Below are positions 62,421 to 64,000 of a DNA stretch of 64,000 nt, one piece after another. The notes beneath the pieces were generated by a model, which was given only the letters and a program-made list of their open reading frames with translations, was not told the DNA's origin and made no database searches. The stretch's first letter is position 1, and each line of letters starts with the position of its first letter. The stretch is taken from contig CM059432.1 of assembly GCA_030390025.1 (NCBI GenBank), forward strand, positions 75,394,001-75,458,000. Reading direction: 5' to 3'. Source of the stretch: Squalus acanthias (Eukaryota). Position numbers and translations under genes: made by a program.

Positions 62421-63677
62421 AATGCTATTTTCTTAACCCTTCCCACTCAGTGTGATTTTAGATTTCTCCTGATTCCACAGCGAGTCTCCACTCAGGCGAT
62501 ACATTGCCCCTGTACATAATGAACATTAGAAAATTAGTAAAGGGGCCTGCCTGATTAACTTCTATTTAAATGAATGGAGGAAAATCAGGTGGGTTCCTTT
62601 ATATGCCTGAGTTCGGACCCGCCCAGTTTTTCAATATTCACTGTATCCCAGGCAAACCCAAAAAGTCTCCCCTACAGTTTTGTCACATTTTGCATATTTT
62701 CCAGCATGGTCAGATGTAGCTCCCTCTGAAAGGAAAGTGGTGATCAAAATCAACACGTAACAATTACTCTCATTATAAATAAATAAATTACTATTTATTA
62801 ATTTTACCCCATGTTAGTGATCCCAATTTTTTCTTCTCATTTGAAGTAGATTAAGGTGATCATCCTGTTACAAATCTGTTTTTGGCATTTCATGATCCAG
62901 GCATGAATTCTTCACATGTTTATATTTTTCTATAATTTTTTGGTGAATCAAGGTGAGGGCGTGCTGGGCAATGGAACACTTTCCAAGCACTTCCAGGCCA
63001 GGTACAGCATGGTTTGATGAGGGAAACGGTTCCTCTGTTCTGCTGTACCTCAACTGCAACGGCACAAGAGCAACCCTCACTGCACCACGGGTGGGGAATT
63101 AACTTGCCGGAGTGGTTTCTCGCCAGAAATCCGCTCCGAGTTAAAATCTCCCCCTCTGTTGCTGCTTTCTGAAATGATTATATTCAATTACCAATAGAAG
63201 TTGTGTTAATTCTAGTTATTGAATTGGCAGGGATTTTGATAATTCTTTTTGCTCATGAAGATGAGAGATCAATGCTGGTGAGTGCATCCAGTATCACCAT
63301 CAGCCACTGTCTGGTCAGGTTCGTATAGGTTAGGTACCTACACCAAGAATAACATAAAAATTCCATGAGGATATTTAGGAAAATAAAATATTTACAAATC
63401 TGATATTTTCTGTGGAAGATGTATTCTTTCCTAATTGTCTCTTCCAGATTTCCTCCAGAAAAGACACATTTAATAAAACAAGATGCAAAATTAAATGATC
63501 CCATTTTTTGATTGCCTGCTCACAAAAAGAAACAGGAAAGGAAGCAAACCATGACATTGTTGTACTCTTCAAAAAGCTAGCTCTGCTTGGAACTTCAGAT
63601 ACCAGTAGCTTCTCTTTGTTAAAGATAAAATCTAATAATACATGACCTTTTAGTAGATTCCCAAGTAGAATTAAAAT

Positions 63678-63999
63678 GGGCCAAAATTTGCAGTCGGAGG
63701 TGTAACTCTGGAGGAACGCCTCCGACCCAAAAAAATCCATAAATACCTGCTGGCTCCCGGGCTTCGGGTCCTGGGCCTGCAGGCGTACGCCTGCATAAAG
63801 GCCGGCAGATCCCAGGGATACAGGTGGGCCAGGCCAACCAATTAATGCTTTACCAGGCGTAAGGGTTTCATGGACATTTGCTGGGCAGCAATAGCCCAAC
63901 TCTGCGCCAGCGAAAGTGTTTTTGGGGTGCATGCGGACAATCTCAGCGCCTGCGGAAACCTGGAATTTGCGGGGCTATTCTGAGCGCAAAATCCAGGCC
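63678..63999. mobile_element. Harbinger-type MITE (~320 bp)
   Basis: Ends GGGCCAAAATTTGC / GCAAAATCCAGGCC; left flank AAT, right flank begins with A at the window end. Confidence 0.65.
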
Positions 64000-64000
64000 A

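Noticed and set aside
63253..63932. ORFs of 83 and 185 aa as a host gene
   Set aside because: No recognisable domain; the longer ORF begins inside a MITE and runs into AT-rich DNA.

Overview
Repeat-dense, apparently non-genic vertebrate DNA. The repeat spectrum (CR1 and L2 LINEs, Deu-domain SINEs, LF-SINE-like SINEs, Penelope pseudo-LTRs, many PIF/Harbinger elements) points to a cartilaginous fish; this is inferred from recalled repeat families, not from a database search. I found no confidently identifiable host exon. Main contents: (1) an intact, very young Ty3/Gypsy LTR retrotransposon (46961-51401, minus strand) with 194-bp LTRs that look identical, a 5-bp TSD and one 1318-aa gag-pol ORF. 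It has no tRNA-type primer-binding site; instead an exact 11-nt match pairs the PBS position with a site in its own LTR, as in Tf1-type self-priming, and its RT motif is YLDN rather than YxDD. (2) Four long PIF/Harbinger elements with convergent transposase and Myb/SANT genes, one retaining an intact 419-aa transposase, plus about ten non-autonomous derivatives, several with 3-bp TSDs that are not TWA. (3) A 1.28-kb solo LTR with a 4-bp TSD. (4) Penelope fragments carrying hammerhead ribozyme cores. (5) Many decayed and nested CR1, L2 and SINE copies. Boundaries of decayed repeats are approximate.
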